From contig NW_026919438.1 of the NCBI RefSeq assembly GCF_032062105.1, positions 1-64,000 on the forward strand: 64,000 nt of DNA, read 5' to 3'. The notes beneath the pieces were generated by a model that was not told the DNA's origin, searched no databases, and saw only the letters and a program-made list of their open reading frames with translations. This document shows positions 49,023 to 62,135 of the stretch, one piece after another. The translations under genes and the position numbers were made by a program. The first letter of the stretch is position 1; each line of letters opens with the position of its first letter. The stretch is from Saccostrea cucullata. Lineage: Eukaryota.

Positions 49023-50633
49023 CTATTTATTTCTCCGCTTTGAGTACACTTGTTTAATATAGCGCATCCATAATTTATTTCTAAAATTAAATGTTTTCTT
49101 TTTATAGTTCTTTTTTCCCTTTAGTCTTCTAGGGGCCTTTGGGTCAGCCTTGAATGAAGTAGAAGTATGTTCTCTGTTTACATTTTCATTCCAATGCAAA
49201 GTTCCAAGGAAAGCACGCACTTTATATTGTTCACTTCCAAATGCTATTCGTTTGTCTTGATAGATATTTAATGTATTATTGAAACTCTCCACAAAGTACG
49301 TATCTCTCCCTAAATTAAAATGGTCTGGGTTCTTATAAATAGTTGAATTTACTATAACACTTCTGAGTAATTTTACTGCCACTGGATTTTCAATTACAAC
49401 CTTTGAAGGTTCATAATTTGGATCTCGTTTACACCTAGAGCTGGGATGACATTGTTTGTGGCTGTTCTGGTAATGGTCCACAATATTGTCCAACAGATTT
49501 CTCAAAGTAGCTGAATTACCATCACAATACTTGGTCGCCCAGTAAAAATGTGTTGCTACAGGCTCCACTTTGTCAATCAATTCTTCAGACCATGTTTTTC
49601 CTTCCTTATATCTTGGTCCTTTTGATATATCAGTCAAGGCTTTTTTAACACTCTTGATGCCATGCCAAAGATCGTTTTGATTGCATGTAAATCCATGTTC
49701 TCTTTCCCTTACAAATTTGTTGATGGCCATATTCCTGTCGTGGGTATGTACATTCACAGAAATGTCTCTATTGTCAAAATCTTCATAAATTTTCCTTGTT
49801 CCGACTACCTCATGTCTTTGGGAAACAGGTTCCTCTGCTTTCGAGACATGGGCACAATTCAGTACTTTATGGGATTCTCCCCAATAGCAACAACACTGGT
49901 ATCTTGTGAATTTTTTCTCCATCCATGGCGGGCATCAGTTATTATGTCTATTCCATCCAGGTTTTCATATAATCCAACTTCTTCTAAAATAGCAGTAGTG
50001 CACGAATCCCCATATTCTTCTTTTACAAATTGCTTATACATTTTGAAAAATGTATCTCGTTTCTCTACGGAAAGAATTCCAAGAGCATTACAGAATCGGG
50101 AATAATGAGAAGGTAATTTTCCGCTGCATAGAAATGCATGGTAGATTCTTTTGTTAACAAGGTATTTCCCGTTGGGTAAGTATGGAGAAGATGCCCAAAT
50201 ATAGGAATGTTTTCCTAGGTCCCCCCGGGTACGTTTAAATTTACGAATGCACATGACTTCTCTTAGTGACTTTTTTGATTTCTAGAATTCCTCTGCAGTA
50301 CTTTCCATGGGTTGCTTGAATATCCATCAGTTTTTTGATAGATTGCATTGATGTTACAAAAAAGTCCTGCTTCACTTGACTCTTCTTTACTTTGGTATAA
50401 GTTCCCGGTGACTTGAAATCACCACTTTTACTCACTTCTAGGGATTTTCTCCAAGCATCCATCAATGATTCCATTATGTCAGTGTTGTTGACAGGTCTCC
50501 CTAACTTACTGACCAAAACCTCCCTTACTTTCTGAAGACTTTGCATTATTTCTTGCTTTTTTCCTTCAGTAATTGGCATCTCAAACTTGAAATTGGCAGG
50601 CCGTTTTCGCTTGGTTTCTGCCATTTTCTTCAC
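49023..50633 (-). pseudogene. Kolobok-like DDD/E transposase, two frameshifts (~50245, ~49875)
   Basis: Three overlapping ORFs join into WASSP...VN.R, IITDARHGWRKN, THDRNMAINK, NDLWHGIKSVKK, HFYW, TYFVESFNN, LHWNEN; TTAA followed by AGG at 48849-48855 may be one terminus. Confidence 0.7.
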
Positions 50634-51286
50634 TTCTTTTGAGTATTATTTGACTTTCTATATTCTTTCAATGTTTACTTGCTTATCTTCTTGTAATACT
50701 ATATAAAATGTTACCTGCAGTTTTGTGTGTTTCCTATTACGGACTAGGCCACTATTTTTTGTGATGTAACAGGATACAATCATATTTTTCATTTTCAATA
50801 GAATTAATAGATGACTGGCAAATATGGTTCAAAGTTTGCTCCTCATGATGAAACTGATATAAGAATTGCAAAATCAAGTCTCACCTCTTGCGTTTGAAAT
50901 TATGTGTATTTATGCAATTAAATATTTATAATCTGAATTTACCCTTAGTCTATTATCAAATGGAATAGACCAGTTACACTGAACATGTAAAGCTTAAATA
51001 TTTTCACAGTGGGGAGGCACTCCCTGCATCCCGCCAAATGTCAATAAATCTATTAGTCAGCACACCTCCCATGATGGGCCCTCAGGGGTCAAAGAATATG
51101 ATGCAAGAAAACCCCCAGATATTATTATTATATTTAATAGATTATCAGTGTATTTATTTTATAAAAATTTTGATGCCAAAAAAATAATAAAGTTTTAAAA
51201 TTTACAAAAGTGACCAAATAGACAACAACATGTTAATAAACCTCCTTGGGTGCCCCATGTCCTAAAACTTTCCCTCCAATTCCAAA

Positions 51287-51813
51287 ATGGATGAAAATGA
51301 GGACACAAGTGTAATTTCTTTGAGAAAGAATCCTCAACAAAGGGAAACAATTATTCAGTTGATAAATTTTAATGAATGGGAATTAGATGAAATGTTATGC
51401 AAAGGGGATACTATTGAAAATCAAAACACCAGTGATGAAAACTTTGAGAGGACATTCCGTATCCCACAGAATGAAAACTGTGATGAATGTCAACAGTGTT
51501 TTTTGCAAACCCTGCATCACAGATGAGAAAAACACACAGATGTGGTGGCCTTCTGAAGCAGTGTTACCGGACAGAAGAAACAGCTCCTTCCAGAAGCAAA
51601 GGTATAAGTTTTTTTGGACAATGCTCTTTCACAGAGGTTTTTCTTGATGCCCGATACAAAGAAAGAAAACTCATCGCGCTGCAGTCAGACCCTCGATTGA
51701 AAAATGTTGCAAGCCATCGTAGGGACATTCTACCAGAATGTGTTGTTGATCTTGTCAGATTTTGGTATCCCAACCCAAAGGATATTCCATACATGGGACA
51801 CCGATGGCAGTGA
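51287..51813 (+). pseudogene. KolX-like accessory protein (P2X7 C-terminal-like Cys-rich domain), two frameshifts in T-runs
   Basis: ECQQCFCKPCIT...RYKFFWTML...RDILPECVVDLVRFWYPNP...YMG; head-to-head with the transposase. Confidence 0.6.
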
Positions 51814-52744
51814 ATGTCATGTTTAACAGTTTGAATACACGAATTAATGAAATTTATGTTTTTGTGAGAATTACATTTGTTTGCAGCTTCATATACTATA
51901 CAAGTCTTATCTGTTGACTGGTCAGTGCTTATGTGTTAATTACTTGTATTCTGCGCTGTGAACAGCGGTCAGTTGATAACAGCCTGAAACAGCAGGATGC
52001 ACTTTTATATGTTCTTGTTTACATACAGTGTGTTCTTTATCTCTTCATCAAATAAAAGGAATTAATGGACTTTTCTTTCTCTTTGCTGAGTAAGAGAATT
52101 AGGCATATTAACCATATAATAAGAAGCCATTTTGAATGCGTCCATAGAGATTAGAGCTTCCGGTGTAAATACAAACAGAGCTTTGCTAGCTGTCTATCGA
52201 AACAGGCAGATTTTGAAAATCAGTGTCACTTCAGAATTTCAATTGATAAATTCTCCCTTTTTACAAACATTAGAAATATAGTCTTAGCATTTTCTTAATG
52301 CAGAATAGTAAACTTTATTTACAGAACAACTATCTCAAAATGGTAATTGGTGCTATAAGTATGAATTAAAAAAAATATCCCCTGAAGTGAAGAGTGGCAA
52401 GAAAATTGAAATTTCCACCATTTTCCTGATTGGCTGCTATTTATACCCCAGAACCGGGCTTTTACTGACTTTTATCAATGGTCCAATCAGAAAGCTCGAA
52501 ATATTAGGGCGAAAATTCTCCTTGAAACAGCGCGGGAATTTATTCCGGAAAATAACCCGCGAAAATATCGGGGGTTTTCGTAATAGAGGTGCGAAAGTAT
52601 CGACAGCATTCGATAGATTTCGTTATCATTTCCCGCGCTCCAACCGGCATATTATTGGTTCTATTGACTCTCGGAACATTCCGTAGTCATTTCCCGCTAA
52701 CTCTTCGTGATATTCTGTGCATTTAGTCATTAACTTAGATTAAG

Positions 52745-53762
52745 TTGAGGAGGGTGAACGTACTAGGTCTAGATGATTTGCATTTGTCGACTATTAACCT
52801 GGGCGATTTAGACTTTTTTAACATGTGTGGAGTAACCGACGAAGATATCGAACTGTCGCAGGTATTTGATGCAGTTGCAGAAGAAAATGCCATATCAGAG
52901 GGTCTATGTGAAGTGCTGAATTTAAATGGTGTCGAAAATATGGACAGTGAAATTGGTACCGCATTTGGGTCTTTCAACCTAGATACAGTGGACCCTGTAG
53001 CTGATATTTCCGATGCAAAGCCTCGACCAGTTAAATCGGAACCTGGTGATGATAACAGTGAACGGTTTGGAAAACCCGTGACAGATGATGAAATTTCAAA
53101 ATTGATTGCGTCGAACGAGAATGTTAACACCAAGAAAAATACCACCTGGGCGCTCAAGGTTTTCGAGGAATGGCGAGAAAAACGTAATGGTAATTCCGTC
53201 GATGAAATACCATTTTTACATTTAATGACGGCAGAACAATTGAATTTCTACCTGGGGCGCTTTATTGTGGAAACTCGGAGAAAAGATGGCATTGAATACC
53301 TTCCCCGATCTTTGTACCTTATATTGTGTGGGATATTGCGCCACCTCAGAAATAAAAACGTTTTCGACAAAAACATTTTGGACAATAATGACCCAAGGTT
53401 TAGTGAATTCCGGAAAATTCTTGACAGCAAAATGAAAGACCTTCTGAAGCGCGGGTTTGGAACGGCGATAAAGCAAGCTGAGCCCATTATGCCACAGGAT
53501 GAGGAAAGCATGTGGGAGAAAGGTGTATTTGGGGATGGCAGTTCCGAAAGTCTTCAACATACCATGTTTTTCTATAACTGTAAACTATTTGGTTTAAGGG
53601 GGCATGACGAGCATCACGAACTTAAGTGTAGACAGTTTGTTCTTGGAGAGGACAGCTCTGGAAAATACATGGAATTCATTCGACATGCTAGCAAGACTTA
53701 CAAGGGTAGGTTGGCCAAAATGCAGCTGACAAACAAGCAGATTCGTTATTTTAGTCCACCCG
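52745..53762 (+). CDS. Crypton-type tyrosine recombinase (DUF3504/ZMYM-QRICH1-like) exon; downstream exons not found
   Basis: NTKKNTTWALKVFEEW, LNFYLGRFIVETRRKDGIEY, LDSKMKDL, AEPI...MWEKGVFG, FFYNCKLFGLRGHDEH; probable GT donor at 53763; ATTGG/CCAAT boxes at ~52430-52470. Confidence 0.8.
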
Positions 53763-54183
53763 GTAAAATACGATTTCATTTAGTTTATAATCTAATTTTA
53801 ATTTCAAAATTATATGTGCATTATTAATTACGTAACGACTTGGAAATATTCATGAATATTGTCACGGAGGTGACAGAGCAATTATAACTTTTTAATTCCA
53901 CTGTGTATATATCAATTATCAAACTGTCATAACCAAGCTTGACCTTAACTCAATACACGGCTCCCGATTCTACGAACAATGGCTCCCATTACTCCACTCA
54001 TTAAAGACTCATTATTCTTGACCACACTAGACACTGCTTTACTCTTAATTACCCCAACACAGCTTGACTAGTCGGGGCAATGCATCCAAATGCCTGTAAC
54101 TGTGGACATTTAATCATAAATCACTTCATTACTTTTGAGCCTAAAATTACCACTCATCAATAACATAACCCATATGCACCTCA

Positions 54184-54223
<40 letters not shown>

Positions 54224-54448
54224 CTGTTTTCGTCCGTCGTGTGTTAACATTTGAACATTTTCAACTTCGTGTGCCAATATGTTGTCTATATAGAACATCC
54301 CCTTGAAGCTGTGCAAAATGTTGACGCAGTGTTATCAAATTGCTGATATGAGCCCTATTTGGGCTAAAAAATATTTAAATTGCAATGTTCTATGTTCATT
54401 TTGGAGCAATACCTTCAAAGTTGTCAATTTTTTCTTTGATATGAACCA

Positions 54449-55093
54449 TTATTTCGTTGTCATGGCTTGGATGTAGATATTTGAAAAGAGGATTTCCATG
54501 TCCGCCACAAGAGAATGATCGCTCAACTTGAAGTAATTTCTCTCAAACCTCACTTTGTTGTCAGCTAAGATGCATTTCTCTAGAAGTGCCTGATTCGTGC
54601 ATATCAAGACAACCACAGCTGAGCCTTGCTTGATTGCTGCTGGCATTAGCATATATCTCGAGATACCGATTGCGGTCATAATAGCCTCCCTTTTTTATTT
54701 CAACAAGCAAGTGTTCTTTGGATGTGCTTTCGAGAACTATGTCTGGTATGAACTTGAAGACTTGACTAGTACTACAATCAACGTCCTTTAATATAGGAGC
54801 TTTCTGTGAAATGCGAGGTGAACGTCTTGTCACCGTAGATTCACTTTGCAACTTGGAAGGAGATTCCGATGGCGAAGAGTCGTACTCACTTTCCTGAAAT
54901 GTAACTTCAAAGGCTAATTCCCTAACTGATGGCGCTTTGACAGTTGAGGAACCACCAATATTCACCACTCTGACTGAGGTGTCTTAGCCGAATAGTTGTG
55001 AAAGGAGATTTTATATCATTGATCTGCCCCGGGAGTTTGACATATCCGAGACAAAGCCTTCTGTAATTGTTTGTTGGTCTATGGATAATACAC
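54449..55093 (-). pseudogene. Degraded terminal exon with PD-(D/E)XK nuclease-like motif
   Basis: Acceptor ttctattcttttcag before 55093; two in-frame stops; Ser-rich linker; FIPDIVLESTSKEHLLVEIKK; frameshift near the homopolymer at ~54690 into ORF 54449-54679. Confidence 0.5.
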
Positions 55094-55439
55094 CTGAAAA
55101 GAATAGAAAGAACAAAGAATCAACAAATGTTTAATTTGGTTGCTGTATATTAGGCAGTACCCTCACATTTCTGTAGTGTACATGTAGTCTAGCAGTGGCA
55201 CTAACTCAGTTGACAATATTTCAACAATTAAAATTGAAAATGGAGGCAGAATAAGAATACAAATAGCCTTTTAACTTGCTTTAATATAAATATATTGCTG
55301 TAAATTTCCAAGTCTGATGTGTATAAAAAAAGAGAACAGAGTTCCGATATCCCCCGCCGCCCCAATTTTTTTATGCTATTGTTTGAGTTTTCAAAGGCAA
55401 TATTCCTATACATATTTTGAATTCAACTTTTTTTTCAAA

Positions 55440-56607
55440 TTAAGAGCGCTAACAAGGATATTTCGTTAATTTTCTAAGTTGAAAAGGGGCGTAACTCGCA
55501 CAAAAATATTCGGTCAGAACTCATCTTCAAACTATCATGAGATATCATTGAGCTAAAACTAATGTATAAATTTTATCCTAATCGGATGATAAATAAATTT
55601 GCTGGAGCGCTAACAAGGATATTTCGTCAAATTTTTAAGTTAAAAAGGGGCTTAACTCTCACAAAAATAGAGCTAAAGCTACTGTATAAATTTTTTTCGA
55701 ATCAGATGAGAAATAAATTTGCTAGAGTGCTAACAAGCATATTTTGTCAATTTTCTAAGTTAAAAGGGGCATAACTCCCACAAAAATATTCGGCCAGGAC
55801 TCATCTTCAAACTTGCTCGGGATATCATTGAGCTTAAGCTACTGTATAAATTTTATTGGAATCGGACGAGAAATAAATTTCCTAGACGCTAACAAGGAAA
55901 TTTTTCAATTTTCTAAGTTTAAAAGGGACATAACTCCTATAAAAATTTTCGACCAGGACTGCATGATCTTCAAACTTGCTCAAGATATCATTTAGCTAAA
56001 GCAACTGTATAAATTTTATTTGAATCGGATGAGAAATAAATTTGCTAGAACAATACAAGGAAACTTTTCAATTTTCTAAGTTTAAAAGGGGCATAACTCC
56101 TATAAAAATTTTCGACCAGGACTGCATGATCTTCAAACTTGCTCAATATATCATTGAGCTAAAGCAACTATGTAAATTTTATTTGAATCGGATGAGAAAT
56201 AAATTTGCTAGAACAATACAAGGAAATTTTTCAATTTTCTAAGTTTAAAAGGGGCATAACTCCTATAAAAATTTTTGACCAGGACTCATCTTCGAACTGC
56301 TCAAGATATTATTGAGCTAAAGCTTCTGTATAAATTTTATTTGAATCGGATGAGAAATAAATTTACAAGAGCGCTAACAAGCATATTTTGTCAATTCTCT
56401 AAGTTAAAAAGGGGCTTAACTCCAAAAAAATTTTTTTGGCCAGGACTAATCCTCGAACTTGCTCAAGATATCATTGAGCTAAAGCTACTGTATAAATTTT
56501 ATTTGAATCGGATAAGAAATAAACTTGCTAGAGTGCTAGCAAGGCGCACGGACGGACGGACGCCCGGCATAACCATATCCCCGCACCGCGTTGCGGCGGG
56601 GGATAAT
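55440..56607 (-). repeat. HINE-like element with ~160-bp tandem units
   Basis: AAAAGGGGCATAACTCC recurs about every 160-163 bp; (GGAC)n and ATCCCCGC...GCGGGGAT terminal hairpin. Confidence 0.75.
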
Positions 56608-57390
56608 AAACTGTGCATGCATAAGTGAAATTTTGTAGAAATATGTTTGAACACTCGCATTTGAAGATATTTCTCCTTACAAATTATCATGGTGACTTTC
56701 AAATATTTTAAGAACAAAGACAGGAAGTTATGTTAAAAGTGCCATCTACAGTTGACCATGTGATATTTCTATAGATCAGATTACTTCTGGTGTGACGGTG
56801 GTGTACGTTTGATCTGATATAATAGACAAACATTTATTGGTGTATATCTGGTGTAATGAAAAAGAAAAATTTAAGAACTCCCTGCGGTGTATTTCTGGTG
56901 TACCCTGTAATCTCAACTGGAATCAAACACCCACTGGTGTATCTGTTGTGTACCCAATAGGAATAAATTTCAGAAGTCCATATGGTGTATCTCTGGTGTA
57001 CATGTTTTTGCTATGGTATACTTGTGGTGATCCATGATCAAGTGATTTATTTTGCTGAATTCTTTAATTTTTATCGAGGCTGAAGAGTGATAAAGTTATT
57101 ATTGTTTTGTGAAGCGTATTTTATAGACACATAGGTAAAGAAACGGTTGGGTGGGTGACCTGTTGTTATAGCCATTTTACTCATGTTCAAAATTTAGCGC
57201 CATTATGTCAGTGTATTACGTCACAAGTTTTTGAGTACTGCACGAGCAGTGACATTCGCTGGAAGGTATCGTTCTCTGGTCTGTACTTTTGTTCAATGCA
57301 TCTCTTTTGTTCAATTGGGGAAAAACTACTTATTCGGTAAGCCAATTATTCAAACACCAGCACACCCATATGTATTTGTATGCATTTCTT

Positions 57391-58684
57391 GTTAGGGCCC
57401 CGCAAGGATTTGCGGGTGCCCTATAGTAATCACTCTGTCTGTCCGTCCGTCTGTCCGTCTGTCTGTCCGTCTGTCACTCTTCCGTCCACAAATTTTCTGT
57501 TTTTTGCTAATAACTTTTTTCATGGTTGCCCAATCAAGTTCAAATTTGTAATGGTAGTTCAGTAGGCAGAAATACATATTTTGATGCTAAGTTTGGTTCT
57601 CTATGTCTTCTGGTTTAGAGGTGGGGTGGTGGGGTAGATTCCTTAATTATGCATAAGAATGAATGAATAACTTTTTTTATGGTTGCCCAATCAAGTACAA
57701 ATTTGGTACATTACTTCAGTAGTCAGAAATACATATTTTGATGTTAAGTTTGGTTCTCTATGTCCCATGGTTTGGAGCTGGGGTGGTGGGGTAGATTCCT
57801 TAACTTAATATAAGAATGCATTGGCAAAGAGAGATAACTTCTGAAGATGTTCCCATTGTTAATTTGTTATGCTGCTAGAAGTCCCTTGAGATTAATTAGC
57901 TTTCCTCCTGAAGAAAATCCAGAGCGTTATCTTTATCTGTCACATTGAGATTAATTACCAACTCTGTCTGCAAATGAAGTTTGCTTTGAAGTTAAATCAA
58001 TTTGGAATGCTATGAACACTTTGAAATGTGGATTTAAATATAAATTTTTATAATTTATTTTTGTTGATAGTTATGATTTCATTGAATTCTAAAAAAAAAA
58101 AAAAGAAATAGATTAAAGAAGATTTTTTAAATTTACTTTTTTCACTTTTTCAAAAATATTAATTCAAGAATACATGTATAATTAATTTTTAATGTACATG
58201 TAGTTGTATAAAAACTTCATTCTATCATTAACACTGAAAAAATTCTTATTGTAAATTTAGAAGAAAATGATGAGAGAGGTACAATTAATCCCTTGGGATT
58301 AATTATCTAGCCTGCTGCAGAAAATTTAGTAGGCTTTTCTTTATCTATCACTTCAAGATTAATGAAAACCTTTGTCTGCAACTGCTGTTTGTTTGAAGTA
58401 GAGGTCAAGCCTTCATGATATTTGCATTCATTAAAGGCTGGCATTTATATGACACAAAGCTTCATAATTGTTTAAATATACATTCAATGTTAAGTTGTTC
58501 TTTACTGCCTAATGTAAATACATGTACAAGGATATTATTTTCAGGTTTTTAAATATTCAGGAATTATCTCTAAGTTTTAAGAATACAGTTCATGAGTTGC
58601 TGTTGCTTATTAATCAATCTGTAAGCGGCACCCTTTTAATTCTACCCCATGGCGGGGCCCTTGCTGACTGGTCAGTTTTCTAGT
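57391..58684 (+). mobile_element. Complete HINE-like element
   Basis: 5' AGGGCCCCGC with hairpin and (GTCT/GTCC)n; 3' GCGGGGCCCT plus hairpin CTGAC-tg-GTCAG and CTAGT end. Confidence 0.75.
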
Positions 58685-60336
58685 ATTTTATTTATGAATC
58701 AGTATTTTTTTATACTCTGATAATGGTCTACATAGTCGAGCATATTGGATAATCAATACTTCTTATGTAAAGCTACATTTACAGATTTATTATATTAGAC
58801 ACAATAAGATTCATTGATAGGTCTGCATATCTGTTGTTTAGGATAGGTGTTAAATGCATTAGGCTTAAACTGTGTATCGCAAGGGCGATAACTCTCATAT
58901 CCATTTGTAAACACCAGTTTCGAAAGTTAGATATTTTTATGTATACTTAGTAATATATAGAACGTTAACTTATAAAGTATTATTTTTGGGTTTGTGATAT
59001 TGATAGCATATATTCTGGCATATATTTCTAGTCTTAATTGCCTTGGCACTGTCAGTTTTCTAGTCCGCATTGTCTCTGTTACAAGATTTTTTTGTTTACA
59101 ATTTTGTTTATTTACTTTACAGTAAATCGTATGATGAACCGTATGATGGATGGTATGATGTCAGTCATATGACGTATGATGGATTGTATGAGAACTATGA
59201 CATATGATGAAATCTATGAGCGAATGTTCCTATGAATGAAGTTGAATAAAGACATACGCATTTACAATTTCTCAATCTCTCTCTGGGCATTGAACAGGAC
59301 ACCTATAGTATTAGAGTTTTGGCGCAACGAAACATATTATAACCTTTACTGGAGGGGGGGGGGGCTCTATGTAATATGAAGAAGATACCGATTGAGACAT
59401 TGCATGTATGAGCTGATTTAAAGAAGAGAATTGCTTGGCAATTTAGCAAAGAAAATACATGGGAGTTGAAAGGAATATAGAAAATAACTCAAAGTTGTGT
59501 AAAGAGTCAAGAAAGTTTGGAACGCATGTGAAGTAGCTCGATTGGTCCTTTGGGTCATCTTTGTCATGTTAGGCACATCAGAATTTTTTAAACGTAAATA
59601 GTGGATTTATTCGTTATTTTTAGTGTAAATTCTTGCTTCTGTTTCTGGAATTTGGAGAATTGGCTGAATTGACCAATCAGAAATTAGAATCTATCTAGAT
59701 GTAAAAAAAAAAACTCCCTTGTTATTGCTTAGAAGAATCAGATAATGACTCGGGCTTTTCCGTCAGCAAACAGAACCCCCAGAATTTGAAATATTATAAA
59801 TATGAAATTATCTTTAAAGTGTAAGCTACACAATAAATAAACAGTTATTTCATGCTACAACATGATACAACGAAATTGTTATCGTACAGTCTATCTGTAA
59901 TAGATTTCACAGTTTTCCCAGAATGCACGGCCATGGCGGACGAGCATGCGTATTCAATGAATTTGGACTAACGTAGTTGCTAACGCTCGAGAGCGCTAGC
60001 AATAAAACACTTACCGGTACAATCTGTCTTTTAGCTCATGATGCTGTTGTTTGTCAAAGTACAAGGATTCAAGAGGCTTCATGATCCTAGTAATAGTCTG
60101 TTTTATTTGATCAGGAACATGTTCAGCATTGCTCGTTTGACAGTGTCCGCCCAGACCAAGCCAGTCTGTTATATCATATTCACTCTCGCCTTCTTTGATG
60201 CAAACAGGAATCACCGATCTCCAATGCCACTCAGAAATGCCTAGCTTCTGGGCTTTATTTATTGTGCATACTGGGAATCGACATTGCTGAAAACAGATAT
60301 ATATCAGTTAGTAAATATGAATGCATAAGATAAAGA

Positions 60337-61715
60337 AACTAGAGATTTTGTGATTGCGGGCAATCACTGAAGATGCCTCCGCTTAAGAGCAATACTGACT
60401 GGCAAGGGTGCAGCATGACCTTGATATAACACACGTCAATGTAACACGGGTTTGAATATACTGCAGTTGTTGTATGGCTCCCATTTCTAATCATTTAAAC
60501 ATATTTATGTATATAAAACCTCGATATAACGCGACCTTACTAATGAAATGGGCCAATAAGATGGCTCCCAATAAAAGGGTTATAATGAGGTCCTACTGTA
60601 TTACTGCATCTAGTAAAATGATGAAGCGGATTTTCGAAAGCAACATTCCTCATATATTGAGCCATGTAGGTGTTCAAAAGTTATCAGTTGGAAACCATGA
60701 ATTTTATAGGAATTTGGTTAAAAAGGGGGCATAATTGCGCCAAGAATAGGTGGAAGTAACCAAAATCGAAGTTGACCTGTATATCAGGAATATACAGCCG
60801 TGTACCAATTATGAACTGAATCCCTGAAGGCATTCAAAAGTTAACAGTCAGACACCATGAATTTGATAGGAATTTGGTGCAAAAGGGTGAATAACTCCAC
60901 CAAGAATTAGTGGAGTGTAACGAAAATCGAACTTGATCTGTATTTCATTTCTATATAGATGTATACCATATGTCAATGGACTCCCTGAAGGCATTCAAAA
61001 GTTATCAGTCGGAAACCATGAATTTGATACCAATTTGGTGCAGAAGGGGGCATAACTCTACCAGGAATTTGTGGAAAGTAACCAAAATCGACCTTGACCT
61101 GTATTTCATTTTTATATAGCCGTAAACCAAATATGAATAGAGTCCCTGATGGCATTCAAAAGTTAGGCCGTACAAAGTGGAATTCTCAAAAGCTCATAAC
61201 TTTCATATTTATTATCGGATCAAGACGAGTTTGGTGTCGCTGGAAAGGTACGAAAACGGACAACAGACATATTAAACTTAGATGACAGCAAAAGGGAGAA
61301 AAAAAGCTCCTTATTTACACCAAAGAAATTGACAAATGGAGAATTTTTGACCATTTTCAATCTTCAATATCTGGAGAATGGCATGCAATCGACACACCGC
61401 TCTTATGTGAGTAAGACACCCTAAAAAGGACTCTTGGTAGCTACAAAGAGTTGGCCAAATTGCGTTCTCCTTCTAAAGATATGAAGGACTAAACATGCAA
61501 AAAATGTGCAGAAGTCTTAAAAACTTTAAAACAGGGATTTGGACAAGTTAAAGTGGTCAGATCTCGACAACCTGCGCGTTGCCGAGGAGACCTAACAAGA
61601 AGCTGCTCAAGTGCCCCAAAAATGGGTTATGCTCGGAGACGAGGTAAAATTGCGTTCCGCGCTAAGTTCTTTCTCCGGGCGATAGCGAAAACCATACCTG
61701 CTTTGATTAATTAAA
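60337..61715 (-). mobile_element. Probable HINE/Helitron-like element with about three ~160-bp units
   Basis: AACTAG plus GTGATTGC-gg-GCAATCAC hairpin at the left; units GGCATTCAAAAGTTA at ~60670, 60829, 60990 and 61151. Confidence 0.5.
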
Positions 61716-61889
61716 AAATATAGTCTAAATTCTACACAAGAATAAAGCTTATAGGGTTTATGTCTGTAACGTTAACAACTTCAGACACATATCTTTGCAT
61801 TCAGTCAAACACTACTAAAACATCCCGAATTTCTGAATATCTTTGAGAAATTTTCTTATTGAAAACGCCTTTAAGAAATCTCTGGTTGG

Positions 61890-62135
61890 TGTCCCACAGG
61901 GTCATGAACAAACCGACACCTCTTCCTGGTAGGAGAAAGTAACAACGTTCGAAAATTCCAAATATTCTTCAAATCTGCACATTGAGACCAATTCCCTCCG
62001 TAAAGAGACATCGATTTCCTCCTTGCCGTCATTCACTCGTATGTTGCGGACCTCAACATCGGATCCTCGAACCTGAGCGGTGCGTTTCATCTCTTCCTGC
62101 AATTTAATGAATTGTGTTATATTTCTCAAAGCATC
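61890..62135 (-). pseudogene. Exon fragment resembling an OB-fold ssDNA-binding domain
   Basis: VRNIRVNDGKEEIDVSL...YLEFSNVVTFSYQEEVSVCS pattern; acceptor tcttcag before 62135. Confidence 0.35.

Noticed and set aside
48853-52370. KolobokP-type long terminal direct repeats or a His-Me endonuclease
   Set aside because: No direct repeat seen between the two ends, and no His-Me finger motif recognised in the second ORF.
52745-53827. Host ZMYM/QRICH1/KCTD1 gene
   Set aside because: No MYM fingers, Q-rich or BTB region, and no downstream exons; TE-dense context favours a Crypton remnant. The tail after 53762 is probably intron read-through.
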